From an uncultured Oligoflexales bacterium (GTDB lineage: Bacteria > Bdellovibrionota_B > Oligoflexia > Oligoflexales > CAZLMG01), in NCBI GenBank assembly GCA_964560765.1, contig CAZLMG010000007.1, forward strand, positions 31,930 to 95,929: a DNA stretch of 64,000 bases. The letters run 5' to 3'. Below, piece after piece: positions 46,701 through 55,314 of this stretch; the first letter of the stretch is position 1, and each line of letters begins with the position of its first letter. Under the pieces are notes generated by a model. The model was given only the letters and a program-made list of their open reading frames with translations, made no database searches and was not told the DNA's origin. Made by a program: the position numbers and the translations under genes.

Positions 46701-47427
46701 TGAAGTGGTGATAGTTGTGCGCGAATAGAGACAGCTCCCTTGTGCGCAGCTCTTGATTGAGTTCTTTCCACTTGCGCGCTTTTTCCACTTGGCCGGCAAG
46801 GCTCTTTTGCTGCCGATCCAACTCGGAGACGATATCTTCCAATCGCGTGAGGTTTTCCCGAGTTGCGGCCAACTTCTTCTGCGCGGCTGCGCATCGCGTC
46901 TTGTAAATGAGTGTACCAGCAGCTTCTTCGAGAATTTCGCGAATTTCTTCCGGCTTGGCATTCAAGATACGATCAACTTGGCCTTGCTGAATCATGGAGT
47001 AGCTGCGGCCACCCAGACCTGTGGTGGCGAAGAACGAAACGATGTCCTTTAACCGACATGGCTTTTTGTTGATCAGATATTCGCGCGACGAGTCCGAGTA
47101 CAGACGTCGGGTCAGCGAAATTTCAGGCTCGTGTCGATATTCAGGTGGACAGAAGTCCGATTGCGTTGAGTTATCGAAGATTAGGGTGACTTCGGCCATG
47201 CCTAGGGATTTCCGCTTAGCGGATCCCGCGAAAATAATATCGGTCGCGACCTGTCCGCGAAGATGCTTGGCGCTTTGTTCGCCCATGACCCAACGGACGG
47301 CGTCAATGACGTTGCTCTTGCCAGAACCATTCGGGCCAACGATGCCCGTGATGCCACGATCGAAATTGATCGTGACGCGGTCGGCAAAGCTCTTGAACCC
47401 GCTAAGGGTAATTTTTTTAAGATGCAT
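43765..47427 (-). CDS. smc: chromosome segregation protein SMC
   Basis: 1220 aa. Walker A GPNGSGKSN, long coiled coils flanking a hinge, signature LFSGGEKALTA, and Walker B FCFLDEVDAPLD. Confidence 0.95.
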   Translation of the reverse strand: MHLKKITLSGFKSFADRVTINFDRGITGIVGPNGSGKSNVIDAVRWVMGEQSAKHLRGQVATDIIFAGSAKRKSLGMAEVTLIFDNSTQSDFCPPEYRHEPEISLTRRLYSDSSREYLINKKPCRLKDIVSFFATTGLGGRSYSMIQQGQVDRILNAKPEEIREILEEAAGTLIYKTRCAAAQKKLAATRENLTRLEDIVSELDRQQKSLAGQVEKARKWKELNQELRTRELSLFAHNYHHFNDLLEKSNAEFAVKNADNEAIKAAMAELEVRLTGLQDQLDAADPDLEGLHEQVSSIREDIARAESTIMNANSLLEHGQKRFEQLDTEVKADAENMRELEQQVQAASEELSTAAQRTKDLQDQIDSFQDEVDAVDESARVFASRIEDCADQLKNIDRLLDSNTIRCEAIGKDRQRISTESEEIERRLEQLSSDLRAAEMQASSAKERAAESQQGLDVELARKQELETEVTQGDERLRFLREQRDSLRESYLETRARVSSLQELIESASDVGGALEKLRQQAPEVEGIVAGVLTDFIGFNDQAEGLSRNAAGAFERWAERLIVSELDSLNDLVRLAHKVEVGGMPITVLSELSASDSAACAAWADRVDAEPLRSYLKVANAPEGLNALLDRLYYLPTLALSTLESQPPAGVVAFSSQGVITSGHGEFFVGSKGSKGVLSRKTELESLTAQLKDLEKELAGVQVEVDDLDVMQKTARAELQELSARLQTQNRDVMAIMADLQAATQILQHKKEIERSANQQLEVLRKADHEATSELAELGQARISLGEERETTEAELTSLEEQSATIEDQRAEVFRVHQARKVELAKAETRAQSLEQNFRQNRMQLERVQAMLSRRYDERSRLELEIEEAVKNKAEAEQSIHEKILLREQLETDLAEKREENAAILADMRALEQQLKERRERQFVLQRRVTELDVEIERERMIIAGVVQQAAEKYQVDLARHEFERDSRFDPDSSAKEVQKIRVKVESMGAINMLAIEEYEVLMERTQFIHAQREEVISSINLLEEALEEIEETSRKKFAETFTTINLEFGNLFPILFPGGEASLQMTNPNDPLNSGVDILCRLPGKKQQRMNLFSGGEKALTAISLIFALLKTKPTPFCFLDEVDAPLDEANVGRYNRVLEALSERFQFIVITHNRRTMEVLDTLYGVTMQEPGVSKVVGVDLQKDLPEHLRRAFKENKGQTDRKIEGATLQGLSAESQI

Positions 47428-47481
47428 AAAGCCTCAATAGCCCGTAACAACTGCAAGTTAAGGCAATAATTGAGTTTTCGT

Positions 47482-48963
47482 TTATTCGATACGCTTCAGG
47501 GTAGTTATACCAGCCCCGGGCTTGACCTCCAAGAGGATAACCGCGTTGCCGTAGAAAGAGCCGGTCATGACTCGGCCCCTCTGGTTGGCGGCCAGCTGAT
47601 ACATGGACGTTCGAGCCGAGGTCGAAGTAACCTCGTCACGCCAACTACCTTCCATGGGCGTGGAAGCCGCAATGGAATAGAAGCGTTGGCTCTTGCCGAA
47701 ATAGACCAGATCGCGAAAATGATTCACCAGCAACACATCCTGCCCAAAGACGTTCACCATCTCGAAATCACCGGGAAAATGCACTTTATCGCTGCCGCTG
47801 GAGGTGCCGCGCAGCTCGCCCTTGAATCCATAAATGCGTTCGAACGAGAAAGCTTCGGAAGTTAGGGGTACTGAGCCTTCCGCTCCGCGGGGATCCGTCA
47901 GGACGGTCACCTTTACTACGTTATTGCTGAAAGCATAGGTACCGTCTGGATGTCCACGTTGCGACAGGTAAAAAACGTTGGGGTCGCTGGCGCTCGGCTT
48001 GGCCTCCCAAAAATTCGTGCGGTAATGTTTGATCGTTGGATCCGTGACTCCGGCACTGCTGTCAGGAGTTCCGTCATAGTCGAGCAAAGTGAAGTAGAGC
48101 CAGCGATGCTCGGCGTCCAACGCGGCAAGATTTTCGGGATCGTCCTCGGTGCTAGCTGAGCGAAAAGGAAACCCTCTTTCTGCTTCGGCTCGAATATCAT
48201 AGATGCCAAATTGATATGTTCGATTGCGAAGTAGCTGCGTGCGAACAAGGCTATCGGATTCGAAGCCATCTGGCACTTCGTTAGCCCCTTCGGCCAGGGT
48301 ATCGGTTTCTGCATCGTAGGTCTTGGTGTCGGTCAGCTGTCGATCGGTGATTCTATCCTGCTGGCCAAAAATCGTAGGGAACATGTAGAGGAGGTCGCGG
48401 TTACGGTCGATGTAAAGTGCACGACGCACACGCCCGTAGGTCCGCACTAGGGTTAGGGTCGACTGGCTCAGGTCAGTGAAATTGAGTTCCCCGACGAGAA
48501 TCTTGCCAAAAAGGCAGGTCACAACGAAATATTTATAATTTTCGTAAATGGCCGCATTGACTGGCGAGCAGTCGATAGAGAACTCTTTCTTGAGAACGGG
48601 CTCTGCCGCATTGGATAGGTCGAAAATTCGTACCGCAGGCTTTTCGCTTTCTTCCGAGGCTTCGTAGCCAACGACCATGACGTTGCCGCCGACATTCATG
48701 TGGCGACCCAGGCGCGGTGTCGGCACTGCGGTGACGCGATTGCCATCGTCATCAATGACGAGGATCGATCCTGTATTGTAGGCGCGGTCCAAGTCCGAAT
48801 TTAAAACATAAAAATATTCGCCATCAGGTGACACAGCGATATCAGATGGGCTCGCAACTTTATCCCCTAGGGTCAGGAATTTTTCGTCTCGCTTGCAGCT
48901 TGCGCCCATTAGGCCGAGCAGCAACAGGCATTGAATAAAAGAAACGTGTATCTTCAGTGGCAA
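47482..48963 (-). CDS. hypothetical lipoprotein, probable beta-propeller
   Basis: Lipobox LLLGLMGASC. Repeated segments such as DGEYFYVLNSD are suggestive of YVTN-type beta-propeller blades. Family not assigned. Confidence 0.5.
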   Translation of the reverse strand: MPLKIHVSFIQCLLLLGLMGASCKRDEKFLTLGDKVASPSDIAVSPDGEYFYVLNSDLDRAYNTGSILVIDDDGNRVTAVPTPRLGRHMNVGGNVMVVGYEASEESEKPAVRIFDLSNAAEPVLKKEFSIDCSPVNAAIYENYKYFVVTCLFGKILVGELNFTDLSQSTLTLVRTYGRVRRALYIDRNRDLLYMFPTIFGQQDRITDRQLTDTKTYDAETDTLAEGANEVPDGFESDSLVRTQLLRNRTYQFGIYDIRAEAERGFPFRSASTEDDPENLAALDAEHRWLYFTLLDYDGTPDSSAGVTDPTIKHYRTNFWEAKPSASDPNVFYLSQRGHPDGTYAFSNNVVKVTVLTDPRGAEGSVPLTSEAFSFERIYGFKGELRGTSSGSDKVHFPGDFEMVNVFGQDVLLVNHFRDLVYFGKSQRFYSIAASTPMEGSWRDEVTSTSARTSMYQLAANQRGRVMTGSFYGNAVILLEVKPGAGITTLKRIE

Positions 48964-49165
48964 GGGAACTCCCCCTGGGTTATTAGTTTCCCCGTAAAAT
49001 TCAAACCCTTACCATGTCAGTGGACGACATGCCACGGGAATTGCATTTTTTCCCTGTTCCATTGGGGCCCGCTTGGCTATAACTCGGTGCAACAAAGACA
49101 GCTCCGAGTGACTTGAGGCACAGCCCGAGCGTGCAAACACATAGATCCGAAAGGCAGGGAGAAGT

Positions 49166-49654
49166 ATGGCATCGGTAAACCGCGTATTGTTGATCGGCAA
49201 CCTAGGCTCAGATCCAGAGTTGCGCTACACGCCCAATCAAACAGCAGTTGCAACCTTGAGCGTGGCCACGAAAGAAGTTCGCAATGACAAGGAAGGCCAG
49301 CGCCAAGAGTTTACAGAGTGGCACCGGGTCATCGTTTGGGGGCGCCAAGCCGAGAATGCGTCTAAGTATTTGGCCAAAGGTCGAGCTGTTTTTGTCGAAG
49401 GGCGTTTGCAGACGCGTTCGTGGGAAGACAAGAACGGCGTTAAGCGTTATTCGACCGAAATTATTGCGCAAAATATTCAGTTCCTGGGCGGTGGTGCGCG
49501 TGACCGCGATGCCGGCGCCTCGGCAGGTGGCGGTTACGAGCGCGCCAGCAATCGATCTCAGGAGTCCTTTGACGATATGTCGGGTTCCGTTGGCGGTGGC
49601 ATGGCTGACTTTGGTGAGCCAAACACTCCAAGCTTGGACGACATTCCGTTCTAG
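49166..49654 (+). CDS. ssb: single-stranded DNA-binding protein
   Basis: MASVNRVLLIGNLGSDPELRYTPNQTAVATLSVAT OB-fold start, Gly-rich linker, and acidic C-terminal tip DDIPF. Confidence 0.95.
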   Translation: MASVNRVLLIGNLGSDPELRYTPNQTAVATLSVATKEVRNDKEGQRQEFTEWHRVIVWGRQAENASKYLAKGRAVFVEGRLQTRSWEDKNGVKRYSTEIIAQNIQFLGGGARDRDAGASAGGGYERASNRSQESFDDMSGSVGGGMADFGEPNTPSLDDIPF

Positions 49655-49686
49655 GTCATCGATGATGTTGTTGATGATGATCGGTG

Positions 49687-49722
49687 GTGGTGCCGGAGTG
49701 ATCTTGGCGCCACTTTCATTTT
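49687..49722 (+). terminator. possible terminator between convergent ssb and the OMP gene
   Basis: GTGGTGCC-(11 nt)-GGCGCCAC forms an 8-bp stem with one G-U pair, followed by TTTCATTTT. The loop is long, so confidence is only moderate. Confidence 0.35.
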
Positions 49723-50605
49723 AGAAGCGGAAGCCTAGCCCACCCCAGAAGGCAAAGAGATTATCAAACCCGGACTCGGTGCCGAGTAAGAGGTAGTCCT
49801 TAAATTCCAACTTCAAAAAGATGTTATTGGAGAAATTGAAGCGCTGGCCAATGCTGGCCGATGCGAAGAAGGTGGTGGAACTCAGGGGGTCTGGCCTTCC
49901 CTCCAATCCATAGCAATTGCTCTCATTGAGTTCACAGCCAAGTCCGGCTTCTGTAGCACTTTGCCCATCCTGAACGGCGCCACGTGACTTCTTGCCGTTG
50001 CGAAGAACCTGCTGCTTGTCATAAAAGTCTGCCAAGTTCACCCCGCCGCCGAAGGTCATGAACAGGTCAAAGTGAATGACGGCGCTCAGGAATAATAGTT
50101 GCTTACCGTAAACGGGCGACCAGATCGCGTTGCCGCCAATGATGAAGTTGGTTTCACGAATGGGCACATACGCAGGCCCGAGGTTGCCGCCTGCGGGGGG
50201 CGTTCCTTCCGAGTCTTGCGACAGACACTCGGCATGCGGCACTTGCCTAGGGTTATTATAAAAAGTCTCGATGCATTCCCGCTCGCTCTTGTCGGAGTTG
50301 ATAGCATAAGCGCCATCGACGCCAAATCCCCACTCCTCGCTGAAGTAGTAGTTTAGCCCGCCGTGAATCAGAATGGTGTTGATGTAGGCCTGGTTGAGGA
50401 TGAGGCCCGCGTCGGGCGCGCTGATCTCGAAACGGCCCTTTTTGTTGTACAGTTTGCCCAATACAACATCTTTAGTTTCCGTAGACTTGCGGTAAATTTC
50501 CGCGGCATTGGCGACGGTGCCGGAGGCGATCGTCAGCACACATACCGCAAGGCGCAAAGAACCAGGGACTAGCTGTCTTAGCGCAACATTCAATTCCACG
50601 GGCAT
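49721..50605 (-). CDS. outer-membrane beta-barrel protein
   Basis: Signal peptide. Alternating-strand pattern. C-terminus FAFWGGLGFRF ends with an aromatic beta-signal. Confidence 0.6.
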   Translation of the reverse strand: MPVELNVALRQLVPGSLRLAVCVLTIASGTVANAAEIYRKSTETKDVVLGKLYNKKGRFEISAPDAGLILNQAYINTILIHGGLNYYFSEEWGFGVDGAYAINSDKSERECIETFYNNPRQVPHAECLSQDSEGTPPAGGNLGPAYVPIRETNFIIGGNAIWSPVYGKQLLFLSAVIHFDLFMTFGGGVNLADFYDKQQVLRNGKKSRGAVQDGQSATEAGLGCELNESNCYGLEGRPDPLSSTTFFASASIGQRFNFSNNIFLKLEFKDYLLLGTESGFDNLFAFWGGLGFRF

Positions 50606-50626
50606 CCCTTCCCACGTTTGAATTTA

Positions 50627-52405
50627 CTACTGGGCAAAACCCACGAAGGTGGCCTCGATGCGCTTAACGCGCTCTTGGCAGTGCCGCTCGACGTCCGCGA
50701 GTTCAACTTCCCCAATATCCTTGGCAACAGGCTCGCGCACCGACACATAGAACTTAATCTTGGGCTCGGTTCCCGAAGGCCGAGCACTCACCTTGCTGCC
50801 ATCTTTAAGTATAAATTGTAGCACGTTAGACGGCGGGAGGTTGATACTAGCTGCAGCTTGAAATTGGTCGCCCTGGCGCCGCAATTCTTGGCAACTCTGC
50901 AAATCACGCAAGATAGCGACGTCAACTCCGTCGATTGAAAGAGGCGGGTTCTTGCGCAATCGGTCCATCATTGCCGCAATTTTATCGGCTCCCTCCTTGC
51001 CGGGGAGGGTCATCGTGTGCAGCGACTCCTGGTAAACGCCATGCTTTCGATAAAGCTCTCGCAGGACCATGCTCAGAGTTTTCCCCTGGCTTTTGTAAAA
51101 AGCGGTCATTTCCGCAGCCACGCAACAAGCAATGACGCCGTCTTTGTCACGCACGAAGCTGCCGGCAAGGAACCCGTAACTCTCTTCTCCGCCGCACACA
51201 TAGTGGCGCATGGGTTGCCGAATGCCTCGTTCGTATTCGTCGATCACCTGGCAAATCCACTTGAAGCCCGTGAGTGTTTCATCGATATGTGCACCGTAGT
51301 TGTGGGCAATGGAGTTCTGCAAATCTGTCGTGACGATCGTCTTAATCACCAAAGGATTCTCAGGTAAGCGCTTGGCGGCTTGTGCGGCCGAAAGATAGTA
51401 CTCCATCAACAAGGAGCCAATCTGATTACCGTTGAGAAATGTGTAGTCATCACCTTCGCGGACGACGATGCCAACTCGATCACAATCGGGGTCAGAGCCC
51501 AACACCAGATCAGCCTTTAGCTTTTTGGCCAGGGCGACAGCCATGGCCAGCGCATCGGGATCCTCGGGATTCGGAAATTTTACCGTCGGGAAATTTCCAT
51601 CGGGCTTTTCCTGCTCCGGAACAATGGTCACATCTTCAAATCCGAAACGGTGCAGGCATTCTCGAACCGGATAGCCTCCTGTACCGTGCAGCGGGGTGAA
51701 AACGATCTTGAAAGCATCTCTGCCGGAGCGCGACAGGGAAAGCCTCTCGACTTCTGCAAAATATTCGTTATCCAGCTCCGTACCGACTTCAAGAATCATC
51801 CCGTCCCGCATGGCTTGGGAAAATGGCAGATGACGGATAACGCTATAATCTTGAATTCGGTCGTAGTGGTCGATGATTTGCTGGTCGTCGGGTGGCACCA
51901 CCTGCCCGCCGGTATGCATATAGACTTTGTAACCGTTGTAGTCGGGTGGATTGTGACTGGCGGTTAGGCACACTCCTGCATGACACTTGCGACTGCGAAC
52001 CAAATAGGAAAGCATCGGTACTGGTCGCAATTCCTTGGTAATCAGAGCTTGTACGCCTTCAGCAGCAGCGACCTCGGCAACCGCCTCAGCAAATTCACGA
52101 GAAAATCGCCGAGAATCATAGGATATCGCCAAGCGCGGCGACTTTTCCTGCGGAAATTTTTCGATTAAGTAGCGACAGAGTGCCAAGGTCGCCTTGCGGA
52201 CGTTATAGATGTTCATCCGGGCACTGCCAGCGCCAAGGATGCCGCGCAGTCCGCCGGTACCAAACTCTAAATCGCGATAGAAGCGATCGACCAGTTCTTT
52301 CTGATTGCCAGTTTCAAGAAGCTGCGCCACTTCAGCGCGCGTGGCGGCGTCAAATTCGGAGCCAGTGGCCCAATACTGCGCTTTACTTAGGATGCTTTGA
52401 TTCAT
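50627..52405 (-). CDS. phosphosugar mutase (phosphoglucomutase/phosphomannomutase family)
   Basis: Active-site loop TASHNPPDYNGYK, Mg loop GSDPDCDR, and sugar loop GGEESYG. I prefer the ATG at 52405, 5 nt after GAGGG, over the TTG at 52417. Confidence 0.9.
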   Translation of the reverse strand: MNQSILSKAQYWATGSEFDAATRAEVAQLLETGNQKELVDRFYRDLEFGTGGLRGILGAGSARMNIYNVRKATLALCRYLIEKFPQEKSPRLAISYDSRRFSREFAEAVAEVAAAEGVQALITKELRPVPMLSYLVRSRKCHAGVCLTASHNPPDYNGYKVYMHTGGQVVPPDDQQIIDHYDRIQDYSVIRHLPFSQAMRDGMILEVGTELDNEYFAEVERLSLSRSGRDAFKIVFTPLHGTGGYPVRECLHRFGFEDVTIVPEQEKPDGNFPTVKFPNPEDPDALAMAVALAKKLKADLVLGSDPDCDRVGIVVREGDDYTFLNGNQIGSLLMEYYLSAAQAAKRLPENPLVIKTIVTTDLQNSIAHNYGAHIDETLTGFKWICQVIDEYERGIRQPMRHYVCGGEESYGFLAGSFVRDKDGVIACCVAAEMTAFYKSQGKTLSMVLRELYRKHGVYQESLHTMTLPGKEGADKIAAMMDRLRKNPPLSIDGVDVAILRDLQSCQELRRQGDQFQAAASINLPPSNVLQFILKDGSKVSARPSGTEPKIKFYVSVREPVAKDIGEVELADVERHCQERVKRIEATFVGFAQ

Positions 52406-52464
52406 AGAAACCCTCAAATAGCATGAAGGCGCCTAGGTTAATCAATTATCGGATGCTGGCCAAG

Positions 52465-52492
52465 GGCTAAGAAAGAGCTGGCTTTCTTAGCC
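52465..52492. repeat. perfect 11-bp-stem inverted repeat spanning the ALDH-like gene stop codon
   Basis: GGCTAAGAAAG-agctgg-CTTTCTTAGCC. The stop codon of the minus-strand gene (52487-52489) sits inside the distal arm. No U-tract follows on the minus strand. Confidence 0.5.
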
Positions 52493-53983
52493 TTTCACGA
52501 CAACCTGGGGATAGCTTAGAAGCATGATCAGCGCAGTGCCGCTGTAGCGGTGGATTCCGCATTGAAGATTCCCAGCCAGTGGCAACGTCGCGTCAGATTC
52601 GACAGTTGGGTGATTGATGAACACATTGGGAGCTATTAGGCTATGTACATCCTGCAGCGCACCTTCATCACCGATGACGGAAGTCACCAAAGGCGCATCC
52701 GTCGCGTTGGCGCCCGCGATTGCGTGTTCCCAAGTGTCGTATGCATACACGCAAATATCCGGGCAGAACAGTACGTTGGCTTGGAATGCGCTAGCTTGAT
52801 CAACATTTTGCATGATGTGAATTCCAGGCCGGACAAAGTAACCATCACCATCGACTTCAAGTGAGCGGCCGAACGATAGGTCGTTTTCAGACTCTCGGTG
52901 GGCCATCGTTTGAAAGCGTAGAAATTTGTCGACAGCCTTTTTCGAATACAAAGGACCCATCATTGGTCCAGCACCATCAGCATTCATGTCCGTACGGCCA
53001 ATGGTCATGGTGTCTATGTACGCCAGAAGTGCATCCGATAATGCTTTGAGCTTTGTCTGCGGGACAAAGACTCGGCTGGTGGAACTGCAGAGTTGTCCCG
53101 CTGAGCGAAAAGCGCCTTGACCGATCATTTTTGCAGCTCGCTCCGCGTCGGCGGTTTCGTGGACGATAACTGCATTCTTTCCGCCCGATTGCAAAATCAC
53201 CTGACGTCCATACATGGCTTGCGTTTCGCGACGGATGACTTCGCAGTGCTCGCGCGATCCTGTATAGAGTATGCCGCGTACTCGTTTATCGCTGATTGTC
53301 TGCTTATATACCTCGAAATTTCCAAAAATGATGTTGAGTGCGCCATCTGCCAAGCCAACATTCTGCGCGATGTAACTCATCACGGTTGCCATGAGCACGG
53401 CATGCGCAGAGGCCACCAAAACAAGCGGTGAACCAGAACCGACGGCCCCAACGAGGCTATAGACAAGTGAGGTCAGCGGCGTGGAAAACGGCAGAAATCC
53501 AGCCGTGACCCCAACCGGCGTAAGAAAAATACTGCTGGCAGGTGCCGCCAGCTTAGCAGGTGCTACCAGAGCTGATTCAAGTCCGGCGGGATCGCGTGTC
53601 GCATCGTCGAGAAACCGAATCGACGCGTCAAATTCCAATTCAGCTTCCCATCTGGGCTTTCCTGCTTCAATGCGTAGGGCGTCGACAATAGCTGCTTGGT
53701 AGTCGCCCATGACCTGGCGAATGCGTCGCAGTACTTCGATTCTGTCGGCAAAGTGAATGCGAGCAAAAGAGTCCTTGGCGGCGTGAGCCGCCTCAATCGC
53801 TTGGGTTACGATCCCCTTGTCGAATCGCACCTGAGTAATGAGCTGGCCGTCATTTGGGTTGTGCGACTCCTTTAGGATCTTTGACTTTGGAAACTGGTGC
53901 CAGCGCCCAGCTACGAAATGCCCCGGAAATTCTAAGGGAAACCTTCGATTTTCAACGGCTAGTAGAAATTCTTTTTCTTGCAT
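52487..53983 (-). CDS. aldehyde dehydrogenase-family protein (AstD-like) with non-canonical catalytic residues
   Basis: The ALDH fold is recognisable (SHNPNDG, YTGSREH, GGKNAVIV, GQLCSSTSR). Several catalytic positions differ from the consensus (see findings). Confidence 0.8.
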   Translation of the reverse strand: MQEKEFLLAVENRRFPLEFPGHFVAGRWHQFPKSKILKESHNPNDGQLITQVRFDKGIVTQAIEAAHAAKDSFARIHFADRIEVLRRIRQVMGDYQAAIVDALRIEAGKPRWEAELEFDASIRFLDDATRDPAGLESALVAPAKLAAPASSIFLTPVGVTAGFLPFSTPLTSLVYSLVGAVGSGSPLVLVASAHAVLMATVMSYIAQNVGLADGALNIIFGNFEVYKQTISDKRVRGILYTGSREHCEVIRRETQAMYGRQVILQSGGKNAVIVHETADAERAAKMIGQGAFRSAGQLCSSTSRVFVPQTKLKALSDALLAYIDTMTIGRTDMNADGAGPMMGPLYSKKAVDKFLRFQTMAHRESENDLSFGRSLEVDGDGYFVRPGIHIMQNVDQASAFQANVLFCPDICVYAYDTWEHAIAGANATDAPLVTSVIGDEGALQDVHSLIAPNVFINHPTVESDATLPLAGNLQCGIHRYSGTALIMLLSYPQVVVKG

Positions 53984-54181
53984 AGCTTTTCGGCTCCCTG
54001 GCTAATTTCTGCCACGCGACGGTTAAGTATTCCAACCTGACGAAGTCGCAGCAGCGTGCTACCATGAAGTATACAGGATTATGCGTGGGTTGTAGTTGTT
54101 TTCGGCAGGGATTTCAGGGCCTTGAGCCCCCGGGCTCGTTTGCCAAAAAATCTGAAAAACGCTGTAGATTTGGCAGGTTAC

Positions 54182-55180
54182 ATGAGTACTTTAGGCAACG
54201 ATTGGTATGTATTCGAGGGCGGCCGAGTTTTAGGTCCGTATTCCGTGCAGCAGTTGCGTGACCTGCCAGCAAATGACCAGCAACTCATTTCACGCCGCGG
54301 TCTGCAGCAATGGTATCCCGTTGCCGAACTGACGCATCTTCTCGAGAGAACCGGTCAACTTGACCGGGCTACGCAAGCCTCTGTATCCGAATTCAATCGC
54401 CTCTTCGATCAGACGATGCACAAAATGGCGACCTTTGCTCCATCTGCACAAACCAGTTCCCCACAAGTTATCCCCAAGAAAATTGGGACCGAAACAGCTT
54501 CTGCTGGGTATTCCGTACCGATGACGGCTGACGTCGAAGCTGCGGTAGACAGAGTTACGTCAAACAAATTTGAGCAGCAGTTGGTTGAACAGACGTTTGC
54601 ACTCATCGGCGATGCGAAGCGGCTTTCCCGTAAAGAGAAGAAGAAGAAACAGAAACAAGATGCATATTCTGCTCGAAGGAATCATGGCCGTACGGAGCCT
54701 AAAGTTCTATCAAATTCGGCGACATCAAGTCCCCTCACCGGTTCGCAACTCGATGAACTTTATATTCTTTTGCGCAGTCGACTGCGCCTCGGACAGGTGC
54801 GCAAAGGAGCGCTTGGGCCATTGCTGTCATGGATCTTTACTGCCGGGATGGGCAGCATTGCAGCCGCCAACCGTATCCATCTTGAAGCTCGGTTCCATTT
54901 GCAAGGTGACCTAGTCAAGCTGCCCCATCGCTGGTGCGCCGGCCTACCGATCATTGCCGCTTTATCGCTAGTTTCATTGGGGAAGCTGATTCTCACGCTC
55001 GAAGAGCAGAATCAATATCGAGCCACTTCGCCGCGTGTCGCGGGCCTCTTGTCGATTTTTCCGCCTTTAGCTATTTGGTACTTGCAGAGATCGTTAAATC
55101 GACACTGGTATTTGCACGTCGTGCACGCATCCCAGACTGGGCTGCGCGACTTGGCCGCCGTGCGCCAGCAGTCTGCTTAA
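54182..55180 (+). CDS. GYF_2 (DUF4339) domain membrane protein
   Basis: N-terminus WYVFEGGRVLGPYSVQQLRDL...QQWYPVAEL is GYF_2-like. A Lys-rich linker (KEKKKKQKQ) follows, then a C-terminal region with about 3 hydrophobic segments. The start is moved to the ATG at 54182. Confidence 0.6.
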   Translation: MSTLGNDWYVFEGGRVLGPYSVQQLRDLPANDQQLISRRGLQQWYPVAELTHLLERTGQLDRATQASVSEFNRLFDQTMHKMATFAPSAQTSSPQVIPKKIGTETASAGYSVPMTADVEAAVDRVTSNKFEQQLVEQTFALIGDAKRLSRKEKKKKQKQDAYSARRNHGRTEPKVLSNSATSSPLTGSQLDELYILLRSRLRLGQVRKGALGPLLSWIFTAGMGSIAAANRIHLEARFHLQGDLVKLPHRWCAGLPIIAALSLVSLGKLILTLEEQNQYRATSPRVAGLLSIFPPLAIWYLQRSLNRHWYLHVVHASQTGLRDLAAVRQQSA

Positions 55181-55314
55181 CTGGATGAATTCAATGTGTT
55201 TTTTTACATGACTCGGCCCTGACAATTTTCCTAAAACTTCTGCCCATCCCGTCCGATAACAGGCATGCCCGTAGCGGTAACGCTACCCCCCAACAGATTG
55301 CCTGGAGTTCATCA

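Noticed and set aside
43799-47440. About a dozen 60-140-aa ORFs on the plus strand and in other frames inside the smc gene
   Set aside because: They lie entirely within a 1220-aa gene with unambiguous SMC motifs. Their translations are Ser/Arg/Cys-rich, as is typical of antisense shadow ORFs of a Glu/Leu/Ala-rich coiled-coil gene.
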